From assembly GCA_965231065.1 (NCBI GenBank), contig OZ246410.1, positions 42,396-106,395 of the forward strand: a stretch of 64,000 nucleotides of DNA. The letters run 5' to 3'. Each line of letters begins with the position of its first letter. The first letter of the stretch is position 1. Under the pieces are notes generated by a model. The model ran no database searches. It was not told the origin of the DNA and saw only the letters and a list, made by a program, of their open reading frames with translations. Both the position numbers and the translations under genes were made by a program. The stretch comes from an uncultured Methanosarcinales archaeon (lineage in GTDB: Archaea; Nanobdellota; Nanobdellia; Woesearchaeales; UBA10107). Of the stretch, positions 17,708-26,607 are shown piece by piece.

Positions 17708-18790
17708 ATGGGGGTCTTCAACGATATCTTACGGAGTGACGAAACACTATTCAAGAACGTCATAGCGCTGGATTACGATTACATACCGAAATCTCTGCCA
17801 TTCCGTGAGGACAAGCAGAAATATATGGCGACCTGTATTAATCCATTATTTCAAGAACGAAGCGGTCGTAATTTATTTATCCACGGACCACCGGGCGTCG
17901 GCAAGACGGTGGCGTGCAGACATGTTCTCAAGGAACTTGAAGATGAATATGATGAGGTCGAACCGATCTACATCAACTGCTGGGAACGCAATTCTTCCCA
18001 CAAGATCATGATGGAGATATGTGATCGACTTGGTTATAAGTTCACGCACAATAAGAAAACAGATGAATTATTTAAGATTGTCAAAGAGCTGCTGAATAAG
18101 AAATCAGTCGTGTTTGTGTTTGATGAGATCGATAAAGCAGAAGATTATGATTTTTTGTATTGGATCCTGGAACAGGTGTATAACAAATCAGTGTTTCTGA
18201 TAACGAATTATAAGGATTGGCTGCTCGATCTGGATGAACGCATCAAGTCTCGCCTGAACGCAGAAATAATGGGGTTCAACCCCTATACGCTTCCTGAGAC
18301 GCGTGAAATTGTGCGGCAGCGAATAGAATTCGCATTCAAGGAAGATGTCGTGCAGCAGGATGCGTTTGACTCGATTGTCAAGAAAACATACGATATGCAG
18401 GATTTACGGAAGGGATTGTATTTATTGCGGGAAGCAGGGACGCTTGCTGAAGAACGAAGCTTACGGAAAATCACGATCGAGCAGATCGCCGCAGCGATCA
18501 AGAAACTCGATGATTTCACGATCAATAAAGAAGACGGATTGGATGCGGAGGAGAAGTTTGTCTTTGAGCTTATCAAGAAAAATCCAAATCAGAAGACCGG
18601 TGAGCTGTATAAATTATTTTTGAACAACGGCGGAACTGCATCGCAGAAGACATTCACGCGAAAACTGAAGAAACTAGAAGAAGGTAAATTCATATCCATC
18701 GAGAAGAGCGGCGGTGGCCTGGATGGAAATACGTCAACGATACGATTAGCATCACGGCAGCCGACTGAACGGAAGCTCACTGAATTCTGA
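17708..18790 (+). CDS. cdc6: Orc1/Cdc6 replication initiator (copy 2)
   Basis: 360 aa with Walker A HGPPGVGKTV, Walker B VFVFDEIDKA and a C-terminal winged helix. Confidence 0.85.
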   Translation: MGVFNDILRSDETLFKNVIALDYDYIPKSLPFREDKQKYMATCINPLFQERSGRNLFIHGPPGVGKTVACRHVLKELEDEYDEVEPIYINCWERNSSHKIMMEICDRLGYKFTHNKKTDELFKIVKELLNKKSVVFVFDEIDKAEDYDFLYWILEQVYNKSVFLITNYKDWLLDLDERIKSRLNAEIMGFNPYTLPETREIVRQRIEFAFKEDVVQQDAFDSIVKKTYDMQDLRKGLYLLREAGTLAEERSLRKITIEQIAAAIKKLDDFTINKEDGLDAEEKFVFELIKKNPNQKTGELYKLFLNNGGTASQKTFTRKLKKLEEGKFISIEKSGGGLDGNTSTIRLASRQPTERKLTEF

Positions 18791-18792
18791 CG

Positions 18793-19056
18793 ATGATACT
18801 GCGATTCCTTGGCCTCTGTGATCTGTTGATTGCGTTATTGATATTAGCAAGCGGATCATCTCATGTTCTGTTGATCGGCGCATTCATATTATTATTCAAA
18901 GGGGTTATATTTGCATCGTCAGGAGACCCCACCAGCTATATCGATATTGTTGTTGGTGTATATCTGCTCTTTTTCTCATTTGGAATTTCGTGGAGTATAT
19001 TTACCATCGCTTCTTTGCTATATTTATTCCAGAAGGGACTGCTCAGTCTTCTGTAA
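18793..19056 (+). CDS. Small membrane protein
   Basis: 87 aa and almost entirely hydrophobic. It starts 2 nt after the cdc6 stop. Confidence 0.5.
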   Translation: MILRFLGLCDLLIALLILASGSSHVLLIGAFILLFKGVIFASSGDPTSYIDIVVGVYLLFFSFGISWSIFTIASLLYLFQKGLLSLL

Positions 19057-19136
19057 GGCATAATCCCGCACCACAGGACAAGTGCGCGTGAGCTATTTAA
19101 ACAAATTCTCCCATAGAGATACTGAGGTGATACACC

Positions 19137-19365
19137 ATGCAGTACAAAGAAACAGCATATGAAATCCAGGGTTTGTTTTTCAACCAAGTGAAACAGCTCA
19201 CACGGATGACGTGCAAAGAGGAAGTTGTCTGCTATCGGTAAGACTATGAGACGAATCGAACAATTACTGAAACAATACAGCACTCAGAAATCAGTGCCAT
19301 CCATCTATGTCGATGGAAATTCAGTCTATACTGAAGATATCCTTTTGGGAAAAGTACATTCTTAG
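19137..19365 (+). pseudogene. Possible decayed GxxExxY-family (PD-(D/E)XK-like) gene remnant
   Basis: Two short ORFs lie in different frames. MQYKETAYEIQGLFFNQVKQL... resembles the ExTxxIIGAAxEVHxxL N-terminus, and ...VPSIYVDGNSVYTEDILLGK resembles the PVxYKGxxxxxxxxDLLV core. They are interrupted by a stop, a frameshift and a truncation. Confidence 0.25.
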
Positions 19366-19382
19366 ACGCCTAAACACCTCTA

Positions 19383-19410
19383 TTAGGCACAGCTTGATTG
19401 CTGTGCCTAA
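19383..19410. repeat. Perfect 11-bp inverted repeat with a 6-nt spacer
   Basis: ttaggcacagc ttgatt gctgtgcctaa lies 18 nt upstream of the TATA-like box of gene 19459..20145. Confidence 0.6.
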
Positions 19411-19428
19411 GGGGATTTCTGCATAATG

Positions 19429-19439
19429 TTTATATATAC
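19429..19439 (+). promoter_or_regulatory. TATA-like box for gene 19459..20145
   Basis: tttatatatac is centred about 25 nt upstream of the ATG at 19459. Confidence 0.4.
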
Positions 19440-19458
19440 GAAGTAAGACGTCTATAGC

Positions 19459-20145
19459 ATGGCAATAAGCATCTCTTGGCTTGTAACGAATCAATTTCCG
19501 CAGCAGGTCTATCAATTCGCTTCAGCGACACAGATACTCGGCATCATCGTCTGCTTCATGATCTGTTACCTTGGCTACAAGGCATACCAGATCACGAAAG
19601 ACAGAAAATACAAATACTTCTTCAACGGATTCTTATTCTTGGGATTGAGTTTCTTGGCGAACATCACACTGAAAACCTTATTGCAGTTTGGGTATGCAAA
19701 ATACTTCATCGAGAAACGGTATGAATTGGCACTAGCACCATTCTTCTTAGGATATTATTTCTTCCTCATCGGTACGATGCTAGCCTACGCATCATTCGCA
19801 GTACTGTATTCCGATATCAAACGATCAAATAAAGTCTGGCTGTTCTACTTCTGGACGGTTGTCGCAGGCATCTATACATTTAGGAATGAAGTGTTGTTCA
19901 ATCTGTTTTCAGCGATGTTATTGTCATTTACCGTATTATTCACATATGAGAAATATACCGAAAACAGAAATAAGGATCGCTTGAAAGTATTCTGGGCGTT
20001 CCTTTCATTGTTCTTATTCCACGCGTTGGTCATATTCCAGACGCAGATTCCCGTCTTCTTCGTCATCAGGAACATCATGTTGCTGACCGGTCTTGTATTA
20101 TTATTGATCACGTTATTGAAAATCCATGGCAGAACGAAGAAGTAA
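19459..20145 (+). CDS. Polytopic membrane protein
   Basis: 228 aa with about 7 hydrophobic segments. Confidence 0.6.
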   Translation: MAISISWLVTNQFPQQVYQFASATQILGIIVCFMICYLGYKAYQITKDRKYKYFFNGFLFLGLSFLANITLKTLLQFGYAKYFIEKRYELALAPFFLGYYFFLIGTMLAYASFAVLYSDIKRSNKVWLFYFWTVVAGIYTFRNEVLFNLFSAMLLSFTVLFTYEKYTENRNKDRLKVFWAFLSLFLFHALVIFQTQIPVFFVIRNIMLLTGLVLLLITLLKIHGRTKK

Positions 20146-20398
20146 ACACGAGATTATATTTGATATTCTGAATCTGATTAGCTCGAAGGGTGGAAAAGTC
20201 AAGCCGACACATATCTTATATGGCGGGAATTTAAGTCATGATCGATTAAAGAAGTATCTAAAAGAACTGATTGATGCTGGTTTCATCGCGCAGACGGAAG
20301 ATAAAGGAAAATTGTTATACGCGTTAACCGAGAAAGGCTATAAGTTCATCGAAGAATTCAAGAAGATCGAAGAGATGACTTCAGCGTTTGGAATCTAA
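20126..20398 (+). CDS. Small winged-helix transcriptional regulator (COG3432-like)
   Basis: 90 aa: RSKHEIIFDILNLISSKGGKVKPTHILYGGNLSHDRLKKYLKELIDAGFI. Confidence 0.65.
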   Translation: MAERRSKHEIIFDILNLISSKGGKVKPTHILYGGNLSHDRLKKYLKELIDAGFIAQTEDKGKLLYALTEKGYKFIEEFKKIEEMTSAFGI

Positions 20399-20400
20399 AC

Positions 20401-20916
20401 ATGATAGGAGCAAGTGATATTCTAAATAAAGAACCCGAGCAATTTGAGACTTATTTATTTGTGATTTTGGCACTCGTAATACCAGGTATGGCTCACATAT
20501 ACGCCACAAATCATGGAGTATTTATCTCTAGTTGGTCACAGCTTATTTCCATCCTTTTACTTTCAGTTTATTTTTCCCTACCTCTTTTTTTAATTGGATG
20601 GATAACAGTAATGTTTCTCCTATCCAAAATACCAAAGAAAATATCCAAACAAGAAGGAAAAACATTGCCTGCAACACTATCAAGAGCAAGACTTTTAGTA
20701 GGTTCTGTGGCAAGCCTACTTGTATATTTCATATCAACTCTTTTCGTAAGTCAAACTGTAGGATTATTTAAAAAACAACTACCGATACTAAATCTTAGTT
20801 ATTTAATTTTGTTTGGGGGAGGGGTTGTAACTAATTTACTTGATAAAAAGAAGTATAGTTGGTTGATACTTTTTTTGATTATGTATGCCTTATTTTTATT
20901 TATCTGGATTCATTAA
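20401..20916 (+). CDS. Membrane protein
   Basis: 171 aa with 4-5 hydrophobic segments. Confidence 0.5.
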   Translation: MIGASDILNKEPEQFETYLFVILALVIPGMAHIYATNHGVFISSWSQLISILLLSVYFSLPLFLIGWITVMFLLSKIPKKISKQEGKTLPATLSRARLLVGSVASLLVYFISTLFVSQTVGLFKKQLPILNLSYLILFGGGVVTNLLDKKKYSWLILFLIMYALFLFIWIH

Positions 20917-22328
20917 CCCTTCACCACACCCAATGGCTTCAATCTGACAACAGCCCGCGCAATGCCTAATTCATCAGAAACTTTCACAACTTCGTCGATA
21001 TCTTTGTAAGCGCCTGGCGCTTCTTCTGCCAAGCCACTCATGGAATGTCCTCTGATTGTAATCCCTTGTTCTCCTAATTCCTTAACCAAGGTCTGTCCTT
21101 TGAATTCGTCTTTAGCTTGATGTCTTGACATGACACGACCAGCGCCATGTGCTGTTGATCCTAATGATTCAGACATTCCTTTCTCTGTGCCGACCAATAC
21201 GTATGAAGCAGTTCCCATGGAGCCGGGAATGATGATTGGCTGTCCTATTTTTCTGTATTTCTCTGGTATTTCTAATCTGCCAGGACCGAATGCACGGGTA
21301 GCGCCTTTACGATGCAAATACACTTTTCTCTTAACACCATCAAATACATGCTCTTCAACTTTAACGATATTGTGAGCCACATCATACATCGTCTTTACAT
21401 CTTCACGCTTAATGCCAAATATCTTAACAAAGCAATTTCGAACGTTATCACCGATAATAAACCTATTGCACCATGCGAAATTAGCTGCAGCCTTCATCGC
21501 TTTGAGATATTCATCACACAATTGTGTACCGGAAGGAGCATACGCTAATTCTCTGTCGGGTAATTTCGCGAGTTCAGCAGGGAAAGCCTGTTCAATCTTC
21601 CGTAAGTAATCAGAACAGACTTGATGTCCTAAACCGCGAGAACCGCAGTGAATCATATAGACAATCTGTCCTTTCTTCAAGCCGAACGCCTTCGCTGCTT
21701 TTTCATCAAAGATCTGATCGACATATTGTATCTCGACAAAATGATTACCCGATCCGAGACTTCCTAATTGATTCTTACCTCGTGATCGTGCTTGCTCGGA
21801 GACTTTTGAATAATCTGCGCCTTTCATCGAGCCTGACTCTTCTGAATTTTCCAAGTCATCCTTCAAACCGATCTTATGTTCAAATGCCCAATTAGCGCCT
21901 TTGTTAAGAACATCATTCAATTCCTCTTTGGAAAGCTTGAGATTTCCTTCACCGACACCTGCAGGAACTGCTAGGTAAATAGAATCGATCAACTCTTTCA
22001 TTTTTGTTTCGACGTCTTTAAGTGTCAGAGGCGTTGTCATCAATCTGACACCGCAATTGATATCGTAACCGGTAACACCCGGAGAAATTCCTCCTTTTTC
22101 AAAGTCTAATGCGACAACACCACCGATTGGCGATCCATAGCCGCGATGGCAATCTGCCATTACTACGACTTTGTAAGCGCCGGGTAATGATGCTAAATTT
22201 TTAGCTTGTTCAAGTGATTCATCTTTCCTTACGATCTCAAGAAGCTTCTCATTACTGAGAACATCAACAGGAACTTTCGTGCCGACTATTTGCCAGTCAT
22301 TCTTATTCACTTTCTTAAGTTCGACCAT
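20913..22328 (-). CDS. rtcB: RNA-splicing ligase RtcB
   Basis: 471 aa with GSGNHFVEIQ, HCGSRGLGHQ and HGAGR. Confidence 0.9.
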   Translation of the reverse strand: MVELKKVNKNDWQIVGTKVPVDVLSNEKLLEIVRKDESLEQAKNLASLPGAYKVVVMADCHRGYGSPIGGVVALDFEKGGISPGVTGYDINCGVRLMTTPLTLKDVETKMKELIDSIYLAVPAGVGEGNLKLSKEELNDVLNKGANWAFEHKIGLKDDLENSEESGSMKGADYSKVSEQARSRGKNQLGSLGSGNHFVEIQYVDQIFDEKAAKAFGLKKGQIVYMIHCGSRGLGHQVCSDYLRKIEQAFPAELAKLPDRELAYAPSGTQLCDEYLKAMKAAANFAWCNRFIIGDNVRNCFVKIFGIKREDVKTMYDVAHNIVKVEEHVFDGVKRKVYLHRKGATRAFGPGRLEIPEKYRKIGQPIIIPGSMGTASYVLVGTEKGMSESLGSTAHGAGRVMSRHQAKDEFKGQTLVKELGEQGITIRGHSMSGLAEEAPGAYKDIDEVVKVSDELGIARAVVRLKPLGVVKG

Positions 22329-22362
22329 GTACTAACAGAAACAATCTCATTTAAAAAGCTTA

Positions 22363-22785
22363 TTATAGGTCCAGAACGACCTGTACCATTGCTTTGCCTG
22401 GCATATCCTGGATAATCATGTCATTATAGGTCACTGCCTTGATCGATGTCTTGAAATCGTACTTTTCGATGCCGACATCACCAGCAACGGTCGCGTTTAA
22501 CTTATATTTCACACCTTTCTGTATCTTCAATGAAACAACCGTGCCGATAACAAAATGTTCTACGTCTATCAAATAAAGAAATTTTTCAAGAAATTCATAT
22601 AATAATGATTTCAGATCTTCTGTTTCTATCTCGATGGTCTTCTGCAAGACCTGCTCGACTTCTTTGACTTCAACAACAAGATCAGTCAATGCCAATGCAG
22701 CATTGGAGAATGCTTCTTCCAATGATTCACCATATGCCTGAAACTTCGCATCAGCAGTATGCTCGAGAAATTTGTATTTGTCCAT
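22363..22785 (-). CDS. Archease (RtcB activator)
   Basis: 140 aa. The N-terminus is MDKYKFLEHTADAKFQAYG. It lies directly upstream of rtcB. Confidence 0.85.
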   Translation of the reverse strand: MDKYKFLEHTADAKFQAYGESLEEAFSNAALALTDLVVEVKEVEQVLQKTIEIETEDLKSLLYEFLEKFLYLIDVEHFVIGTVVSLKIQKGVKYKLNATVAGDVGIEKYDFKTSIKAVTYNDMIIQDMPGKAMVQVVLDL

Positions 22786-22794
22786 GTTAAATGG

Positions 22795-23100
22795 TCAATA
22801 TACCTGCAATGAATCCAAAAAGTCTTTTGAATTGTCATCCTTCTTTTCTGAGAAGATTCCTGGGATTCCAATATCAGATGAAGGAGTCGGTGATGAAGGC
22901 GATGAGTCAAACATGTTGAATAATCCATTGCCGTCTGATGGCGGAGTCTGAGTGGCAGGAGCGCTTGGTGTCTCCGAGAACATCGAGCTTGGTGTGCTTT
23001 CGTATCGTTTGCTGCTGCCGTTGACAGATATTGAGTGCAATAATTGGATGATGTGCCTGATATTATGAAGATCTTCCTTGGTGTCTATCTCTATTTTCAT
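22795..23100 (-). CDS. Hypothetical protein with a Ser/Pro/Thr-rich disordered C-terminal half
   Basis: 101 aa, tightly packed between neighbouring minus-strand genes. Confidence 0.4.
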   Translation of the reverse strand: MKIEIDTKEDLHNIRHIIQLLHSISVNGSSKRYESTPSSMFSETPSAPATQTPPSDGNGLFNMFDSSPSSPTPSSDIGIPGIFSEKKDDNSKDFLDSLQVY

Positions 23101-23133
23101 TAATCACTTTAAGAAGAAGGAACTATAAAAAGG

Positions 23134-23598
23134 TTATGCTTTTACGACTTCTAACTTCCTGATTGAAGGCCTCGCTTTCTTGAACAATGCCCTCACAATG
23201 AAGGCAGCGACAAATAAGACAACAAGTGTTCCCAATGCCTGTTCACCGAAGATCAAGAGAATGACCAATGCAGTAAGCGCAACCAGACCGGCAAAGAGAG
23301 GTACATTTTGTTTTTCGATGATATCACCCTTGAATGTTTTCTTGGTGATGATGTCATATAATCTCTGACGATGTCTGAATATCTGTAGCGGTGTCATGTA
23401 ATGGACCTCAATCTTCTGCTTATCTGCTTTCAAGAACAATCGATTATATTTTTCGTATTCAAAACTTCCTTTATGTCGCAATGCATCACGCTGTTTCAAT
23501 AATTTCTCGCATTCCTCTTCAAGAACTCGTAATAGATTCGTCCGTATCTGATCAGATTCTCTGATCTGTTTATCAGTGAGATTACCAAACGGTGACAT
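23134..23598 (-). CDS. Hypothetical protein with a helical N-terminal part and two C-terminal TM segments
   Basis: 154 aa. The ATG is cat at 23596-23598. Confidence 0.5.
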   Translation of the reverse strand: MSPFGNLTDKQIRESDQIRTNLLRVLEEECEKLLKQRDALRHKGSFEYEKYNRLFLKADKQKIEVHYMTPLQIFRHRQRLYDIITKKTFKGDIIEKQNVPLFAGLVALTALVILLIFGEQALGTLVVLFVAAFIVRALFKKARPSIRKLEVVKA

Positions 23599-23766
23599 TA
23601 TGTCAATATACTACTGTGTGTTTAAAAAGATTGCCCATGAGTATGTTTTGCCATCGGCTCAGTTCTTCATGTCATCACATATTGCAATTTTCTCTCTGGA
23701 ACCTCGAAAATTGCCATATATTGTCCGTAATTGAACTTCGCATATTGATGGCAAAACTAAAGAAAT

Positions 23767-24549
23767 CTAGAGAAACAGTCGTTGATAATTCATGAAGATA
23801 TTATCTTCAACTTCTTTGATGTCCATTTTCTTTATTATTGCTATCTCTTTGATTGTCTCCAATACATTGGCAGGCTCGTTTGGGACGCCTGTAGTTGGTC
23901 CACGCCACGGCGCGTCTGTCTCTGTCAGTAATTGGTTGATGTTCACCAATTCAACCAACATCCTGAAATGCTGATTCTTCTTTAGGATGGCAGGAACGGA
24001 GAAATAATATCCTAATTCAGCAGCCTTCTTTATCACGTGCTTTCTTCCTTCGAACATGTGCAATTGGACTTTTTTGACTTTATGCTTTTCTAGAAGTTCG
24101 ATGCAGTCTGCTTCTGCCTCTCTGGTGTGGATGATCAATGGCTTGTCGATCTTCTTCGCGAATTCGATTATTTTTATGAAATTTTCCTTCTGTTTCTCAT
24201 GATTTTTTGTATCCCAGTGATAGTCTAAACCGCACTCGCCGATGGCGAGGATGTCTTTCTTATGCTGTTCTATAAATTTCAATTCTTTATCCAGATCAAA
24301 TGGTTCTACTTGCCGTTCCAAGCCTGTTTCCTCAGTTAAACCAATCAGATCGATCGGATACAATCCTAAAGAAACTTTGATAAAATCTGGATATTTTTTG
24401 TGTAACGCTAATACTTCTCTATTGGTTGGAACATTGACACCGGAACAGATAACGGAAGTAACACCATTCGCTTTTGCCCGTTTGATGACGTCATCGAGCT
24501 GATTCTTCAGTAATTCATGCGTCAGATGGCAGTGCGCATCAATCAGCAT
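23767..24549 (-). CDS. tatD: TatD-family metal-dependent hydrolase/DNase
   Basis: 260 aa with MLIDAHCHL and GECGLDYH. Confidence 0.8.
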   Translation of the reverse strand: MLIDAHCHLTHELLKNQLDDVIKRAKANGVTSVICSGVNVPTNREVLALHKKYPDFIKVSLGLYPIDLIGLTEETGLERQVEPFDLDKELKFIEQHKKDILAIGECGLDYHWDTKNHEKQKENFIKIIEFAKKIDKPLIIHTREAEADCIELLEKHKVKKVQLHMFEGRKHVIKKAAELGYYFSVPAILKKNQHFRMLVELVNINQLLTETDAPWRGPTTGVPNEPANVLETIKEIAIIKKMDIKEVEDNIFMNYQRLFL

Positions 24550-25318
24550 CTTTTTTCACCGAAGTATCTATCAAGTGACCGCACTTGACTGATGTGTCAA
24601 GCCAGATCGGATAGCCTGCATTGTAGGCATCCATACAGAATGTGTAATCATCAAAGCTTGTCTTGGAAGCTCTGAAAGGTATCTTTTCCAAGACACTTTT
24701 ATGGATGAGCATGCAGCCTAAGCCGGTGAAGAATACTTCAATGAGACGTTCTTGTGTGACATCTGCAACCGATAATTGTACATGGATATCTTCAGGTCCT
24801 TTGATAACACCCGATTCTATCTTCTTTCTGATCTCAGTACCTTTGTATTTCGGATCTGTTTTTAATATGTTGAACTGTTCTTCTGTGACTTTCGCGTACG
24901 CGACCGGATGCGCTGTTGGTTTTCCAAAATTATCCTGGAAGAAATTCGCGTATAATCCCGAAACGACAGCGACGCCTCTGCTCATCAGTTTGCCGATCGC
25001 ATCTGGCGGCGGTGTGACGTCCTGTTCCAAGCTTAATAGGAAATCATATTTGCCTTCGATGAATTTGTCTCTGAGGATATTTCTTGATTTCGTGATCCGT
25101 TCCATCGGATCTCCGGTCGACGGTCCTTTGACGACCGGAATGCCTAACTTCTCTAGTTCTTTCTTATATTCATCTCCTTCGGAGTTATCTACTAGAAGGA
25201 TATCGTACGTAGGATAATCTAACTTCTTCAAAGCAGCCACGAATCTAGGTAATGCGTACTTCTTTCCGCTGTAGGTAGGACATCCTACGAGTACTCTTGG
25301 TTGCATGGTATCTATCAA
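24539..25318 (-). CDS. Family 2 glycosyltransferase-like protein
   Basis: 259 aa with VGCPTYSGKKY and ILLVDNSEGDEY (a DxD-like motif). Confidence 0.55.
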   Translation of the reverse strand: MIDTMQPRVLVGCPTYSGKKYALPRFVAALKKLDYPTYDILLVDNSEGDEYKKELEKLGIPVVKGPSTGDPMERITKSRNILRDKFIEGKYDFLLSLEQDVTPPPDAIGKLMSRGVAVVSGLYANFFQDNFGKPTAHPVAYAKVTEEQFNILKTDPKYKGTEIRKKIESGVIKGPEDIHVQLSVADVTQERLIEVFFTGLGCMLIHKSVLEKIPFRASKTSFDDYTFCMDAYNAGYPIWLDTSVKCGHLIDTSVKKDAD

Positions 25319-25380
25319 AAATGAGGCATATTTAAAGGATATGGTAAGATTTATAAATAAATTGGCGGGTCTAATGTCCT

Positions 25381-25788
25381 ATGACCATAATCGGATTTAA
25401 TTTCAGAAAAATAGTCGCTGAACGAAGCATCAATGCTTCCGGAAAGATCAACATAGCGAATAACGTCGCTTTGAAGAAGGTCGAAGAAGCAGCTGTCCCG
25501 ATGGGTTCTAAGAAGCAGAAGGCATTACGATTTACCTATGAATTTGTCACTAAATACGAGCCGAATATAGGGAACATCACAATTGAAGGAGATGTTCTGT
25601 ATGTCGCTGAAGAAGATGTCGTCGAGAAGACTCTCAAGACATGGAAGAAAGATAAAAGAGTGGATAAAGAAATCTTGAATCCATTGTTGAATACAATCTT
25701 AACACGCTGCTCTATCAAGGGCTTATTGATGAGTCAGGATCTGAACTTACCATCACCGATGCAATTGCCACGAGTGACGGTAAAGTAG
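25381..25788 (+). CDS. Hypothetical protein; weak pattern resemblance to SecB-like chaperones
   Basis: 135 aa. It has IIGFNFRKIVAER at the N-terminus and LNPLLNTILTRCSIKGLLMSQDLNLPSPMQLPRV at the C-terminus. Confidence 0.5.
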   Translation: MTIIGFNFRKIVAERSINASGKINIANNVALKKVEEAAVPMGSKKQKALRFTYEFVTKYEPNIGNITIEGDVLYVAEEDVVEKTLKTWKKDKRVDKEILNPLLNTILTRCSIKGLLMSQDLNLPSPMQLPRVTVK

Positions 25789-25890
25789 AATCGTTCTTTT
25801 TGTTTTAGAATGTGAATTAGCTGGTTTGAATTTAGAAACAGGCAGATAGAATTATTCCTGTCAAAACAAGAAACAATAAAAATTTCCTCA

Positions 25891-26187
25891 TTAATTTCTT
25901 ACCTCATAATACCATTGAACTCGATTCGTCATTATATTCCAGAGTGAAGAAGATTTACTCACTTTTACGTCTTGACTGGTTTCTTGGTATTCTATAGTAG
26001 TTGTATATATCCAATTAGCACACCATCCTAAGATATACGTTCCGCATTCTTTATGTTGAACTCGATATGGAATCCTAGTAATTCTGTGTTCTGTTGCTGA
26101 ATAATTGAAAGGAATTACAAATAAAGCAATCAGCACAGCAATTACAATAACTACCCAAGTTACTGTCTCGTTAGTTTTGTTTTTCAA
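25891..26187 (-). CDS. Small N-terminally membrane-anchored protein
   Basis: 98 aa with the TM segment WVVIVIAVLIALFVIPF. Confidence 0.45.
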   Translation of the reverse strand: MKNKTNETVTWVVIVIAVLIALFVIPFNYSATEHRITRIPYRVQHKECGTYILGWCANWIYTTTIEYQETSQDVKVSKSSSLWNIMTNRVQWYYEVRN

Positions 26188-26229
26188 GTATATTCCCTCA
26201 ATAAGTATTTACTTTGAGTTCTATATAAA

Positions 26230-26268
26230 TGTTACGCTGGTGTTACCCTTCTATTAAAATCGTGTTAC
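26230..26268 (+). promoter_or_regulatory. Three TGTTAC boxes in helical phase between the TATA-like box and the regulator gene 26282..26497
   Basis: tgttac occurs at 26230, 26241 and 26263, a spacing of 11 and 22 nt. They lie immediately downstream of ctatataaat (26221-26230). Confidence 0.35.
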
Positions 26269-26281
26269 GGTTAAAAGCTTC

Positions 26282-26497
26282 ATGGATATTAAGGAACGTA
26301 TCTTTCTAAAGAAGGGCAACCTGAGACGACTGGTCTATGAGCACTTGTCTGAACCTAAGACTGCATCAGATATTGCCAAAGAAATTGGAAAACACCGTTC
26401 CGCAGTAAGTCGAGTTCTTATAGAAATGGAGAGTGCCAAGATGATAAAGTGCATCAATCCAAAAGACAAGAAATTTAGGCACTATGTTAAAGTCTGA
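26282..26497 (+). CDS. Small winged-helix (ArsR/MarR-like) transcriptional regulator
   Basis: 71 aa: LVYEHLSEPKTASDIAKEIGKHRSAVSRVLIEMESAKMI. Confidence 0.6.
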   Translation: MDIKERIFLKKGNLRRLVYEHLSEPKTASDIAKEIGKHRSAVSRVLIEMESAKMIKCINPKDKKFRHYVKV

Positions 26498-26572
26498 CTT
26501 ATGCAGAGCTTGTGCAGAAGCCTTAGGCTTATGCAGGACAGTTTGTTTGTGCAATGCCTCAAAATCCAAAAT

Positions 26573-26582
26573 CTTTATATAC
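26573..26582 (+). promoter_or_regulatory. TATA-like box for gene 26608..26976
   Basis: ctttatatac lies about 30 nt upstream of the ATG at 26608. Confidence 0.35.
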
Positions 26583-26607
26583 AAGTACATACATCTCTGT
26601 ATATACA

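Noticed and set aside
17805-18011. Alternative-frame ORFs within orc1/cdc6-2 (17805..18011 and 18345..18623)
   Set aside because: They are embedded in a conserved AAA+ gene, are Arg/Ser-rich as off-frame translations typically are, and have no independent start context.
19057-19458. C/D-box or H/ACA sRNA, SRP RNA or RNase P RNA in the largest non-coding region
   Set aside because: I found no RUGAUGA...CUGA box pairs at sRNA spacing and no GC-rich extended helices of the kind expected for 7S or RNase P RNA.
18936-19515. Minus-strand ORFs 18936..19283 (115 aa) and 19321..19515 (64 aa)
   Set aside because: They overlap the ends of plus-strand membrane-protein genes and have no motifs. The region is better explained as non-coding DNA with a decayed gene remnant.
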